Shown one piece after another: positions 1-17,048 of a DNA stretch of 64,000 bases. The notes under the pieces are model-generated. The model made no database searches and was not told the origin of the DNA. It saw only the letters and a list, made by a program, of their open reading frames with translations. Source of the stretch: Antedon mediterranea (Eukaryota; Animalia; Echinodermata); contig NC_092679.1 of assembly GCF_964355755.1 (NCBI RefSeq), positions 6,540,201 through 6,604,200 of the forward strand, in the 5' to 3' direction. Each line of letters starts with the position of its first letter. Positions within the stretch are counted from its first letter, which is position 1. A program made the position numbers and the translations under genes.

Positions 1-105
1 GTCAATACATCGCTGCATTGTGTTGTGTTCTAGTGGGAACCACGCTTAACAGCTCAGCCATTCAAAGTGCTCAATAATTTGATGTTAATTTCTCTGTTTT
101 TAAAG

Positions 106-4895
<4,790 letters not shown>

Positions 4896-5140
4896 TTTCG
4901 CGAATATTTTAGGATTTCTGAATATAGACAGAACCGTAATTTTAGGATTATATTGTTTAAACACTAACTCAACATTCTTCAAACTAAGAAATTGTACACA
5001 CTCGACTCCGTGTTCTTCCAAGATTTACCGGAATTAACTTGCTCACAACTGGTAGTAAAAATATATTAAATTAATACTTGTCTAGTAGTGTTAGGCTAGG
5101 CATTTAAATACTTTAATTGTGTTTATCCTACAATAGATTA

Positions 5141-5392
5141 AACCTTGTTCGCACTGAACTTGAAAAATAGTAAATTTAACGGTAACATACCAAATGTCAT
5201 CGGAATATTTGACCATCGTTTCCCCTTGATATTTTCACGCAGTTAGTTTTAAAATGGTCGGTAAACGTATATATTGTACCTGGTTAATTTAACCCTGTGG
5301 GAATTGTAGCCAGTGTTCAGATTTTGAACTTTTCTTGGTCACTTTAGCCGGCGACTTGGTTAATTTGAGTTCAGTTCAGTGCAATCAAGGCT
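5141..5392. mobile_element. MITE with TIR CCTTGTTCGCACTGAAC
   Basis: AACCTTGTTCGCACTGAACT ... AGTTCAGTGCAATCAAGGCT imperfect inverted ends in TTAA-like context. Confidence 0.55.
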
Positions 5393-5435
5393 TTAGATAC
5401 ATCTTATGATCAACTAGGAGTCACTTGATTGTCAC

Positions 5436-5642
5436 CAGTGGCGTAACAGCTATGAGTGCTTACTGGCTAAACTCAGAGGCCCCAGGGCTTATGGAGCCTA
5501 TGAGCAGTGTCCAAGGGAAAACAACAGGCATTATTAAAATATGCCGGGAAGGCTAAAACGCCCGCGGCCTCCAGCGTTAGAACTTGGAGGACCACTTAGG
5601 TTTCCTAAACCAGGAGCCTCAGGTCTCTGTGTTACGCCACTG
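5436..5642. mobile_element. hAT-type MITE
   Basis: TIR CAGTGGCGTAAC / GTTACGCCACTG with 8-bp TSD ATTGTCAC / ATTGTCAG (7 of 8 match). Confidence 0.85.
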
Positions 5643-6434
5643 ATTGTCAGAAATTGATTTCTAAATGTGTACAACACCTGCACGCTACAATTACTAATCA
5701 ATTCACAGTCATACTTGACATCTCATTGTTCACATTTGACCAAATTTGAAGCTGGCAACAGTCTACTTGTAAGGTAATAATTTAATGTTTTTATAGAAAA
5801 TCAACTTAATATACGATGATAGAATATTATGTGCAATTTAGCTTTTTTAACTGTTTTTAGTAAATTTAGAAGTTAATAAAAAATCTTTATAGAGAAAATT
5901 ACAACTACTGTAATTACAGTCACATTTAACATGTAATGGGTAGAAAATGCTAATCAAATATAAATATACAAGTTTAAACTTTATATGAAAATAAGAAATT
6001 CTCTGATATTTAAATTCAGACTTTGTTTACTATGCAGAGATACTAATTTTATATTTTAAAAATATTTTAATACTATTTATTTTATTATTGTCATGTTGAT
6101 TTCACATGGAACGTAAATAATTCTAAAGGTTTAAACAGATGTAGTAAATATACAGAAGAGATTAGTATGAGTCTTGTGTTTCTACAGTACATCAAATGTT
6201 GCACCATTCTGCTATAATGTCTATCTAATTTAAAAGCATGCTTATTATAACAACCTCAGTCACAGAACAAATTCTAAACCGCCTGGTGATATATATTATA
6301 AACATAGTAATTAACGTCATATATTAATATATTTGTGTGGGAAATCATATTTTTTAATAATTATATTTTCTTTTTTTTTGATACAGCAAATAAAAAGTGC
6401 ATTTCTCAAGTTTACATTTGGCCATTAATGAATA

Positions 6435-6596
6435 CAGTCAACTCTCCAAATACCAGACTTTCTGGGCTAGCTAATATGTCTGTTTTCCGGAAAGTCTGGT
6501 ATTCAGAATGTGTTTTTAATGGTAAAAATGAATCCTTTTGGACTTCAAGAAAAGTCAGGTTTTGGGAGAGAGTTTCCGGTTTTGAGAGAGTTGACT
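6435..6596. mobile_element. Tc1/pogo-like MITE
   Basis: TA-CAGTCAACTCTC ... GAGAGTTGACTG-TA. Confidence 0.8.
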
Positions 6597-7711
6597 GTAT
6601 ACCATTATCTGGGTCAGGTGATCTGGGTAATTGCTTTAGCTGTGCTATTCGGCCTGATTGCACAATTTACAGTGACACTATCTTTCATTAGAATTAATAT
6701 TTTAAAATGAAAACAAAAGTTAACAATTTTTTTTCTTTAATTTTATTTAATATACTATGTACTACTGGCACGGTATATGAAGTATAAAACAAATTATTAC
6801 GGTACAAATCGGATACAAATGAAATGGAAAAATATGAATTTCAAGGTCATTGGCAAATCAGGGTATTTACTTACAAATGTATCATACTACTACATGGCTA
6901 AATTTACTGTACGTTTGTTTGTATATTATATACTTTAAATATAGGTTTAATAAGTTATTTTGTGATTAAATTTTTGTGATTTTAAATTTTTTTTCACAGA
7001 GGTTAGGTTAGCAAAAATACAGAGAAAATAAACCAGATTATATGTCATCTGCATCTACACTAAAATAACATAACTGTTAATTAAGCCCCTTCTTTCACTT
7101 CGCCTAAAGCTCTGTCTAACTATCAAATTATTTTGACAAAAAAGGGTGATGTGCCCAAATATGGTAGTGATATGACATCATGTCTATATGGGCACATCAC
7201 ATTTTTTTGTCACATAAAGTAGCTTAATAAAAACTCCACATGTACTTTGGGCCTGATCACAAGTTTTGTATGGTCTGTGCCCAGGCATGTGTAAATACAG
7301 AGTTTTGCTAGGCGATGTTTAAGAGATAGTAGACTATAGTATTACTAATAAACCACCACCTTCCCATGTAAACCTACCCACACAAAATGATCGCTTAATT
7401 ACATTTGGAACCCAACAAATTTGTAAAAATTTTTAAAATTGTTTATAATTTATATTTTCTTGTATTTTACAACATTTTACATTTTTAGCAGAATTTGAAT
7501 TAATTTGATTTTAATTGACATCATTTTGTGAAAATGCATCTCTTCTGACATAGTCAATGGTCCAACATTAAGTACTATATTTGTAAACATCTGCATATAG
7601 TTCTTAACAGTAAAAATGTATAGCTTGGAATTATGGAATGCTAACACAATAGATATCAATATAATTGCTTAGTTGTTCAAATGTTTCTTTATTGCACATT
7701 TGTCAAGAGAG

Positions 7712-7867
7712 CATTGGTGTAATGGCTATGAGCACTCGCTGGCTACACCCAGGGCCCCAGAGCTTAAGGGGCCCAAGGTCATGTGTAGCCCAATGCAATT
7801 TTCTAGCATTGAACGGGCCTCTAGGAGTGTTAAACCAGAGCCATTTCCCCCCTGCATTACACCACTG
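7712..7867. mobile_element. hAT-type MITE related to 5436-5642
   Basis: TIR CATTGGTGTAATG / CATTACACCACTG with perfect 8-bp TSD CAAGAGAG; shares the GCTATGAG..CTGGCTA interior. Confidence 0.85.
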
Positions 7868-8205
7868 CAAGAGAGGTATGTAAACATCATTTTTTAGTAT
7901 CATTAGTTCATAAATTAATGTAAAATTGTCTCTATTCTCGGCACGGTTAGTATAATCCATCTTGGTGAGAGAGACCATGTGTTTCCTTTTGCATACATCT
8001 TTAAAGACTTGTATCTTTCCCAGATTCATTAAACCAATTCTGTACATCTGTTTAGAATCGTAATATGGCAATTTCCATGTTCATGACGTTTGTCTGCGTC
8101 CTATATTTTGCAGCAATACAATAATGTTTATTTACGTAATTCTTTTTTTAAATTCATCTAAAAGCATGCTTTTAAATGTGCAGCAAAAGTCACAAGAGTC
8201 TGTCT

Positions 8206-8590
8206 TCTTATTTTGCAGCCTGTCCTCTTCTAGGGGCAGATCTGGGGGAGCACTAATATATTAAAAGTTTGTCAAATATAAAGTAGTTCATAATTCTAGC
8301 TGTCAAAACCTTCAATGACCCTAGCGCTCCCCTACCCAATGGATACGCCCCTCTCTTCCATGTAAAATCAATTTCAAACTTTCTTTAGAAACTCTTTCCA
8401 TGTCTTATTTTGCAGCCTATCCTCTCCTAGGGGCAAATGCCATTTTTTTCTTCTAACGGGGGAGCGCTAGTATTAACAGTTTGTCAAATATAGTAGTTCA
8501 AAGTAGTTGGACATTTCTAGCGCTCCCTCCACCTACTGGATCCGCCCCTCTCTTCCATGTAAAGTCATTTTCAAACATTTCTATAGAAAC
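8206..8590. repeat. Tandem duplication of a ~195-bp unit containing a small hAT-like MITE
   Basis: TCTTATTTTGCAGCCT..TAGGGGCA..GGAT(A/C)CGCCCCTCTCTTCCATGTAAA occurs twice in tandem. Confidence 0.75.
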
Positions 8591-8950
8591 AATAGTTCAG
8601 TCTACATTTTTTCGTTCCCAAAAATCAGCCTCTTATTTGGTTCCATAAATATCTTCTAACCATTAAAAGTGTCATGTCAATTTGTTTTTTGTTGTATTTT
8701 CACGTTTTTCTTCTGATCTTTCAAAGTAGTTATCAACAGTTTTTCCACTTGAGTGCCCATTAAGTTATGAACAGTTTTTCATCAGTATTTTCATGTTTTC
8801 CCTCGTAAATGCCATGGGAAGTTATGTCATTTTATCATCTCCTTAGTATCCATAAAAAGTTATATTAGCAATCAGTTTTTCATCAGTATTTTCATTTTTT
8901 CCTTGTTCTTTAAATGTTATTTTATCCAAAGTTTTTCATCGCTATTTTCA

Positions 8951-9343
8951 TCATGTTTCCAACAAATCAGCAGTCAGTAAAGTCGGTGACCTTTCTCCGC
9001 AGTCCACCAACTTTAAGAGGATGCAAATTGGCACCATCATCAATGATGCGTTTTTTGGGTTAGTCTTTGTGCAGGCTAGTAACACACAAAATACTTGTAG
9101 ATACGGAACAAGTAGAACAATGACCCACAACCAAAACGGAAGCGCTAGAATGTTGGCTTTTAAACGCTGAAAGACGTTGGAATGTTCATTATTGTCTTCT
9201 AATATTGCTTTGTTGTTTGATATATTCTCCAATGCAAAAATATTGTAGGAGTCACTAATTTCAAATATGTAGTATGCCAATGCAAAACTAACTGCTAGGA
9301 ATACTGCAAGAGCAAGCCAGGCAACCCGTTGACGAAAATTCAT
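8951..9343 (-). CDS. LYSET: Lysosomal enzyme trafficking factor (TMEM251)
   Basis: 130 aa: MNFRQRVAW...YYIFEISDSYNIFALE...PFWLW...PYLQVF..L.CTK..P, two TM helices, matching TMEM251. A splice acceptor just upstream of the ATG (approx 9357) implies a non-coding first exon near 10732. Confidence 0.92.
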   Translation of the reverse strand: MNFRQRVAWLALAVFLAVSFALAYYIFEISDSYNIFALENISNNKAILEDNNEHSNVFQRLKANILALPFWLWVIVLLVPYLQVFCVLLACTKTNPKNASLMMVPICILLKLVDCGERSPTLLTADLLET

Positions 9344-9454
9344 TCTGGCAATCTTTCTAAAAATAAATATATTATATACAGTATATAAAAAAATTTTATT
9401 CTTGTGTATTTGTTTTTCATTTAAATAATTATTTTACATGATGGCCAGGATCGA

Positions 9455-10366
9455 AGCATATGCGGCGCTAGTTCCGTTTCGCACCTGTCGTTTATTTCGA
9501 CTCAAAATTGGTTAAGTAGCTTTATCGTGAGTACCACACCTTAGAATTAGGCCTCAAAAATACTTTTACGAAGGATATCACACAAAAAGTAAAAAATAAA
9601 TCCTTTAAATTGATGAATTTACAGACGTGTTTCTCGCACATCGGTTTGTGAATTTCGCATACTCCATGTTCAATGTTGTTGTTTCTATGGAGCGCCAAAA
9701 GAGTAATCATAACAGAGTGCTAAAAACTCAGTAAATTGCGTATATTTAATGCATTTATTGGTGAAAATTACGTTCAATTTTATCATATTTTGTCAATGTC
9801 AATGCAACAAAAATATTACTGTTGATACTGTACATGGTTTTTGCAGGAACTTTTAGGAATGAAAATCGACAAATTCATCATCATATTACATGTACTGTAG
9901 GGGTATACCTGATCTAAATAATATTCCTCTTAGTCTTACTCTTAGGTCTAGGGTTGGTTGCTATTTGAAAACAGCAAATTATTAGCAGTAAAATGTTACA
10001 GCATTTTTATTGACAAAATATATTAAAATTAAACGTGTATTTCAATAATAAATTCATTAAAAGAAGACGCATTCCACTGAGTTTTTAACCATCTATTGTT
10101 GTTGCTCTTTTGGCGCTCCATAGAAACGAAAATATTGAACTTCGAGTATGCCTATTCTAAATTCGCGAACGGTATGCGAGAAACATGTCTGTAAAATCAT
10201 CAATTTAAGGATTTATTTGTTACTTTTTATGTGATTCTTCTTCATAAAAGTACTTATGAGGCCCAATTTTAAGGTGTGGTATTCACAATAAGTTGCTTAA
10301 CAATTTGGAGTCAAAAGGAAGTCGAAATAAAAACAGGTGCGAAACGGAACTAGCGCCGCATATGCT
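9455..10366. mobile_element. ~900-bp foldback element with ~380-bp diverged inverted arms
   Basis: AGCATATGCGGCGCTAGTTCCGTTTCGCACCTGT is a perfect inverted match at both ends; arms stay alignable to approx 9830 and 9975. Confidence 0.85.
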
Positions 10367-10750
10367 ACTCACTGGTTCTAGAATACAAAAATTATAAATA
10401 ATCTAGGCCTAGCTAGTTAATCAGTTGCGTTCGCGCTGAATACAGACAGGCCGTTGTGCAGGGACGGATGCTAGCTACTTCTTGTCCTAGCCTAGCTGGT
10501 AGTGGTAGTAGTACTCTACTAGTTACTAATACTAGCAGTGTACTAGCTAGGCCTAGACATGATACGCTTGCAAACATGTAAATATAGCTTATAAACACAG
10601 TACTGATATGAGCGATCGCCTGTTTAATTATCAAATGTTATAATCACATATTTAAAATCATAACCATACCAAAATAAATACGGGCAAACTCGACTTAAAA
10701 AATCGTTGTTGTCTTTCTCCGATCCTCTTACAATTAACTCCGGTGGCCTG

Positions 10751-10775
10751 CCACGTGACATCATGGTCAGGTGAC
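10751..10775 (-). promoter_or_regulatory. Tandem CLEAR-like E-boxes at the putative LYSET promoter
   Basis: CCACGTGAC (10751-10759) and GTCAGGTGAC (10766-10775), just upstream of a minus-strand donor at approx 10731. Confidence 0.5.
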
Positions 10776-10937
10776 TATCTATGATCGATAAAATTCCAAA
10801 TTCCATTTATTTTGTTTTAGAGACTACTGTATTTGAATAATTAATTTAAAAGATAGTAGTAGATAGTAGTATAATTAATAAATAAATAATAAATACAGAG
10901 CTATAAAAAACAACAATTGGTCTAATTCCCTTCTTAC

Positions 10938-12800
10938 CTACTGAGATAGTATCGATACATTGATTCTGCCAACTTCATCAGTGTTCTTCACAGACTTGTA
11001 TGGTTAAAATGATGTCATTTTTCTGTTTGGAAATAACTAATATAACCTTCTACATCGCTTTTTTTTTTAAGGTTTTTTAATCTTGCTTTTATTTGCATCT
11101 ATTCAATATACAAGTGATATCTTCAAAAGTCAGTTCTGTTTCTGAAAATAAGAAACAGAAAATATTGAAAAATAAATTGTTGTTATTGTGCCTTATAATA
11201 AAACCTATCCTATAAAAAATGTTAAAAGTACAAATATGATTCCCATGTATACTTACCAATAATGTATCGATATAGTTAAGAATTTATTTTAGATGACCAC
11301 ATCTCATCCGTCCAAACATATTTTTTGTTTGTTTTATAATTTCGGTTTTTTTTGCACGTTGTACATCACCGGACCAGTAGTCCGTAATTCCAAAAGCCAG
11401 TTCTGTCCTTAACATTTTTCTAACAGTTTTTTCTCGAGTAAAGTAGATCATTTTGACATCTTCAACTGAGTCAGTTCTGACCACACATCATCCGTCCCAA
11501 CTTCTTCACAGGCACGTTTTAGACATTTTTCTAACATTTTTTGTTTGTTTTATAATTTTGTTTTGTTTGTACATCAGTACAGTGACCATAGGCCCACATC
11601 TTCAAAAATACATCTGCATGACAAAAAGAAAACATATATGGTATGTACCAAACATTGTGATCAGATATTGTGTCTGAACAAACGCTAGAAATAATATAAA
11701 GGCTACAACTAACATCCTTACCCCTGCAGATGTGAAAGCGATTCTCCATTTAATAGATGACCCCCCTCTCCCCATCCCATTACTTCTTCACAGATTAATA
11801 CATAGTCTTCATAATCGTCTAAATTTTTTTTGTTTGTTTTATAATTTCGTTGTGTTTGCACGTTGTACATCACCGGACCAGTAGTCCGTAATTCCAAATG
11901 CCAGTTTTGTCCTTAATATTTTTCGAAGTGTTTTTTAAATTGTATTTTTTCTTGTACAGTAGATCATGTGACATGAGTCAGGTCTGTCAACATCTGCGTG
12001 ACAAAAAGAAACAGAATATTATATATATTATATATATATCGAATTAAAATGTTACATAATTATTCATTTTGTCCGATTGCCTAAAACAATATACCTAACA
12101 TGACTATCTTCTTACCTGAATAATATCCATAGCTGAGATTGATTCTTCTGTTTTAGATGACAATGCTCTGTCCATCATGACATCTATCGTAATTGTTTTT
12201 TGTTTTTTTTATTTTAGTTTGTTTGCACGACGTACAGTTGCACGTAGAACATTTAATATTTTTTATCAACAATCTGTATGACAAAAAAAGAAACATACTG
12301 TATTTGGGCATATAACTACCATATTTGGGCATCAACACACTTTTTTGTGAAACTGGTTTGATAATGTAGACAGAGCTTTAAACATTAACATTACGAATCA
12401 ATGTACGTCTGTTCTTTTTACTTACCTTGTAGATATAATATATCGTATGGTTGCGAAATCGCTTCTCTGTTTACTTGATGACCCCCCTGTCCCCACCCCA
12501 TCTTCTTCACAGACTAATACATAGTCTTATCTTCTAAATTTTGTTGTTGTTTGTTTTATAATTTCGTTTTGTTTGCACGTTGTACATCACCGGACCAGTA
12601 GTCCGTAATTTCAGTCCGTCAGTGTCAGGACCTACGAGCAATATCAATGATTTAAAATTAATACATTTAGCGGTCATCATGTCAAAATAAATATTCGTTG
12701 GGTCGACCGCGAACTGAGACTCTATATTATTGTATAGGCAGGGAAGAGTGAAATTATTCTTCGCTGGTATAGGCAAACGACATTTCCGAGTTGTAAAAAC
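10938..12800 (-). other. Array of ~5 tandemly duplicated exon-like units (lncRNA, UTR exons or decayed gene)
   Basis: Repeated core TTGTTTTATAATTTCG..TTTGCACGTTGTACATCACCGGACCAGTAGTCCGTAATT. Minus-strand GTAAG donors follow 12426, 12116, 11722, 11257, 10938; TTTCTTTTTGTCAyrCAG acceptors lie near 12274, 11994, 11614. Confidence 0.55.
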
Positions 12801-12925
12801 GCGCCACAGAAGCCACTTGTATTCTTATCATAAATTAAGTCTGACCTACCGATTTCGACGCATTAATCCGGCTTCATTGATGACATATTAAAAAATAAAA
12901 TCAGATAAAAAAAAAAAAAATTGAT

Positions 12926-15900
12926 CTATAGCATGGCGGTTGGGCTCTCGTCTCCAGAAAGCACCTGGCCTGGTAATGAGAATAATATCTCCTCGGCCAC
13001 ATTGTCGCTGACGTCACTGTCGCCATCTTCCAAGCGTCTGAGTATCTCTTCGTGTCTCTTTCTTTTCTCCTGCATTCGCAGTTCTCGTGCAAGTCTTTGC
13101 TTTTCCCTCATCTGTTCGAAGGTGATTGGTTCAGATTCACTGATGCGTAACCAACTTGTTTGCTCATCTGCAGCTTTCTTAGCCTAACGAGTTTTAATGT
13201 TTTATATACTTTACTTAGATAATAATATTGTATTCAAAAAATTGATTGACTTATTTATTAAACTAAAACAAATATTTAACAAGTTAAGATAAAAATATAA
13301 TAGTAATAATAATGAAATGATAATGATAATATATTTATATTCCTCCAAAAATATAAATGAACGCATATATAAATAAATAAAAGATACATGTTAATAATAA
13401 GTTCCTATAACCTTAAAGGTTTTTTGACTGTCCTTAGAAAAGAAAATATTAATTCTAATTTTAATTTAGAAATTAATTTAAACTTGATATAGTTATACAA
13501 TTAAAATTTGTAATCTATATTATTTCTGTACAGTAACCCCTATTAAGGGACCGAAAACTTCAACAAAGTGTCCCCTTATATAATAAGGGTGTCCCGGTAG
13601 CGATTTTTTTTTCGTACATAAGTTGGGACCCCATGTGAAAGATAGCCGAAATATTGCGTCCCGGTAATGGGTTGGGTAGTGCTTCATTAATTGGTGGATG
13701 ATAAGTGAGGTGTCTCAACGGAGGGGTCTGCTGTATAAATAAAAGGTCATGTTCTCACATTTAACCAGAAATGTATCTATATATTTTACTATGTCACATG
13801 ACAAACCTGTCGTTGTTTTTCCTTCCTCTTGTTTTCCTTGTTTATCCTCTTCGTTTCTTCTTTACGTAATCTCTTACGCTCTTCATTTTCCAGTTTCTCT
13901 TCTTTCTGCCTTTCCTTCTTTTCTCTCTTCTCCCTCCTCTCTTCTTCCCTGGTGTCAGCGTCCAGCATTGCCTCCAGTTTCGGCAGTTTCGATCGCACAT
14001 CGTTCAACGATCTTGGTTTGATCAAACCTTGGTCTATCAGTTCCTGCAAGATTTCCTTTTCGGTCTTGGTTGGTCTTGTAACACTTCCCAGGTGATTTCG
14101 AGCTGGAAGAATTGGTGCCAACATCACGTCATCATCATAATAATCCGTCTCCTCTAGTTAGTTAACAAAGAAAAAATGTTCATATCGTTAAGTTCTGTCT
14201 ACACAATCAAACTTTATGTGACAAAAAAAATGTGATGTGCCCATATATGGATATGTTAATGTCACATCAGTACCATATTTAATCATATCATTAGCATATT
14301 TGGGCTCATTACACTTTTTTTGTCTAAAAAATAGTTTGATAGAGTGTAAGAGCTTAACTCTTCCGTAATAAGCAAAGTAAAAATATCATGACTTTAATGT
14401 GCTCCCTTGGCAACGGCACGCGCGGCGTTTGAGAAATTTTGAGGAACATACGTCAGAGGAACAAGCGCGTACAGTTCTGTTCGCTCTTTCCTCTCCTCCT
14501 CTCTCACACAGACGCAGCGCAAGGAAGAACGCAAGTGATTCGACCAATCACAAGCGATGGACCAACCGAATTCGCTTGTGATTGGTCCTTGCCTTTACAC
14601 TCGGCGCTAATACAATCTTGCTCTTATTTACCGTCTGTTATTGCTGCTGCTGCCAAACTGCTCTTAGATTGTTTTGGAGTCAAGTTTTTTGGAGTAGTAA
14701 CAACAAACACTTCAGGCTCTGGTGGCTTAACATCTTTTCGTCGGCGTCTTCTAAACCAAGAAAAGCAGCCCCTTGAGCGTTTTTTACTACTGCAGCGGCT
14801 AGGCTGTGGAGTTTACACATACATTGGTTTTAATCAACATTAAGCAAACATCTTTTTGGCTTCTTCGTTTATTTGATTGTTGATGATGTGTTACTTGTGA
14901 TTGTTGATTGGAGTCGAGCGAATGGTTAGATGGTCGGTTTTGAATGAACTGATTGGTGGGTTAGTGATTGATTTATTGATTAGTTACTGAGTGATTGGTT
15001 GGATGGTTCATGGTTGATTGGTTGGTTAGTAATTGATTGATTGATTCATGGAGGTTCCTCCATGATTGATTGATGGTTAGTTATTGATTAGCTACTGAGT
15101 GATTGGTTGGATGGTTCATGGTTGATTGGTTGGTTGTTTAGTGATTGATTGGTTGATTGATGGTTAATTATTGATTTATTGATTAGTTACTGAGTGATTG
15201 GTTGGATGGTTCATGGTTGATTGGTTGGTTAGTAATTGATTGATTGATTCATGGAGGTTCCTCCATGATTGATTGATGGTTAGTAATTGATTAATTGATT
15301 GGTTACTGAGTGATTGGTTGGATGGTTCATGATTGATTGGTTGGTTTGTAATTGATTTAATGGTTGGTTAGTGATTGATTGATTGATTGGTTAGTGATTG
15401 ATTGATTTATTGATTAGTTATTGAGTGATTGGTTTATGGTTGGTTAGTAATTGATTGATTGGTTGGTTAGTGAATTGTTGACTTGTTATCCTAACAATCT
15501 TAACAACTTACTGTTTTTTCCCTTGGTTCCGAGGACACCTCACTTTCTTGGTTATCAACTACAAAATTTCCAGCCGGCGTAACCTAAACAATTATTATTT
15601 GGTTAATATTAATGATAACAAATGTTTTTTTTATAATAGACTTACTAATTGTAATTACATCCATGTCTATCCACATCACCCATCCCCATCATCCACCTTC
15701 CAACCCACCCATCCATCCATCCATCCAGCAATCCAACCCACCATTTCCATCCAATGGGTTATTGGGTTTGTTGGTGGGTACCCACAAACCCACTCACCCA
15801 TCAACCAGTCCATCCATCCACCTACCAACCATCCATGCACCAACCCACCCATCCATCTAACCATCCACCAACCCACCCACCCATCCATCTATCTACCCAG

Positions 15901-16618
15901 CCCATCCACCAGTCCATCCATCCACCTCCACTCATCCATCCACCAACTCACCCATCCATCCAACCATCCACCAATCCATCCATCTACCCAACCATCCACC
16001 AATCCATCCATCTACCCTACCCAACTCATCCACCAGTCCACATCCATCCATCTACCAACCATCCATCCAACCATCAACCAAAACAACCACCCACCCATCC
16101 AACCAACCATCCACCAAATCAACCACCCACCCACCCATCCATATACCCAACCCATCCACCAGTCCATCCAACCATCCATCCATTCATCCACCTATAAACC
16201 AACCAACCCGTTCATTCATCCATCCATCCATATCCATAAACCCACCAACCAACCAACCCATCAACCTAGCCACCCATCTATCTATCTATCCATCCACTCA
16301 CTCATCAACCATTCCATCCATCCATCCACCTGCCAACCATCCACCAATGGCACCCATCCATCCATCCACCCACCAACCAACCTATCCATATATCCATCCA
16401 TCCATCCACCCACCCACCAACCAACCAATCCATCAACCTACCCACCATCCATCCATCCACTTATCCACCAACTCATCCATCCTAAGCCTACACCCACCTA
16501 TCCGCAAAATACCCACCCATCCACCCATACAACCACCCACCCATCCACCCGTCTATCCATCCGTACAACAACCCCACCCATATCCACACGTCCACCCACG
16601 CACGCATACACACATAGG

Positions 16619-16658
<40 letters not shown>

Positions 16659-17048
16659 TCACCAAAAAGCGAAAAAGTAAACATCTCTAACCAATGTTTT
16701 AAGTTTGCTTGTTACTTACCCTCACGTTGAGCTTAACTCTCTCACCAGTCGCTTGGTTGGCATAATACCAACATCGGATGATCTTTTCACCGGTATGATT
16801 TCCATTCACATCGGCAGTATAAGGCGGTTCCTTGGCTTCAATAATGCCAACAGAGGTTGAAAATCTAAAACATCCCATTTTAGATTGATAAGTTAAACGA
16901 TAATGCACTAATAACTTGATAAAAGCTTAGCAAATTCTATTCGGTAACAACTAGGTTGATAGCGTTTAGAAATATACCTTGTATTGGTAACGAGGCAACA
17001 AATTAGGCGCGCATACTTCGTCGCGTTGCTAAGCTCGGCGCGCCACAT
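12926..17048 (-). CDS. Stathmin-domain/CCDC198(FAME)-like coiled-coil protein
   Basis: Phase-compatible exons 17048-16978, 16864-16720, 15583-15512, 14803-14632, 14153-13807, 13183-12926 give one ORF. Motifs [21 protein letters not shown] and [17 protein letters not shown] recall STMND1/CCDC198. The two 5' exons and the family assignment are less certain. Confidence 0.6.
13531..13733. mobile_element. Tigger/pogo-like MITE
   Basis: TA-CAGTAACCCC ... GGGGTCTGCTG-TA with internal GGGAC/GTCCC motifs; a related relic lies at approx 61690-61830. Confidence 0.6.
14510..14600. repeat. Dispersed palindromic repeat family B (GACCAATCAC...GTGATTGGTC)
   Basis: Other copies at approx 48820-48920, 61190-61330, 62180-62290. 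Confidence 0.65.
14935..15480. repeat. (GATT/GGTT/GGAT)n low-complexity tract with higher-order ~100/200-bp duplication
   Basis: ACTGAGTGATTGGTTGGATGGTTCATG recurs four times; hairpin CATGGAGGTTCCTCCATG recurs twice. Confidence 0.9.
15670..16653. repeat. Degenerate (CCAT/CCAA/CCAC)n tract ending in (TA)n
   Basis: Directly visible; it explains the spurious H/P/T-rich ORFs. Confidence 0.95.

Noticed and set aside
15548-16690. 380-aa His/Pro/Thr-rich ORF and overlapping ORFs
   Set aside because: Translation of a (CCAT/CCAA)n tract that lacks stop codons; it is intronic to the minus-strand gene.
16720-16864. CUB-domain-like reading (G-I..P-Y..C-W..G-R-V-L)
   Set aside because: The resemblance is short and the next exon does not continue the domain. 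An alternative start (ATG 16805, donor after 16746) is also possible.
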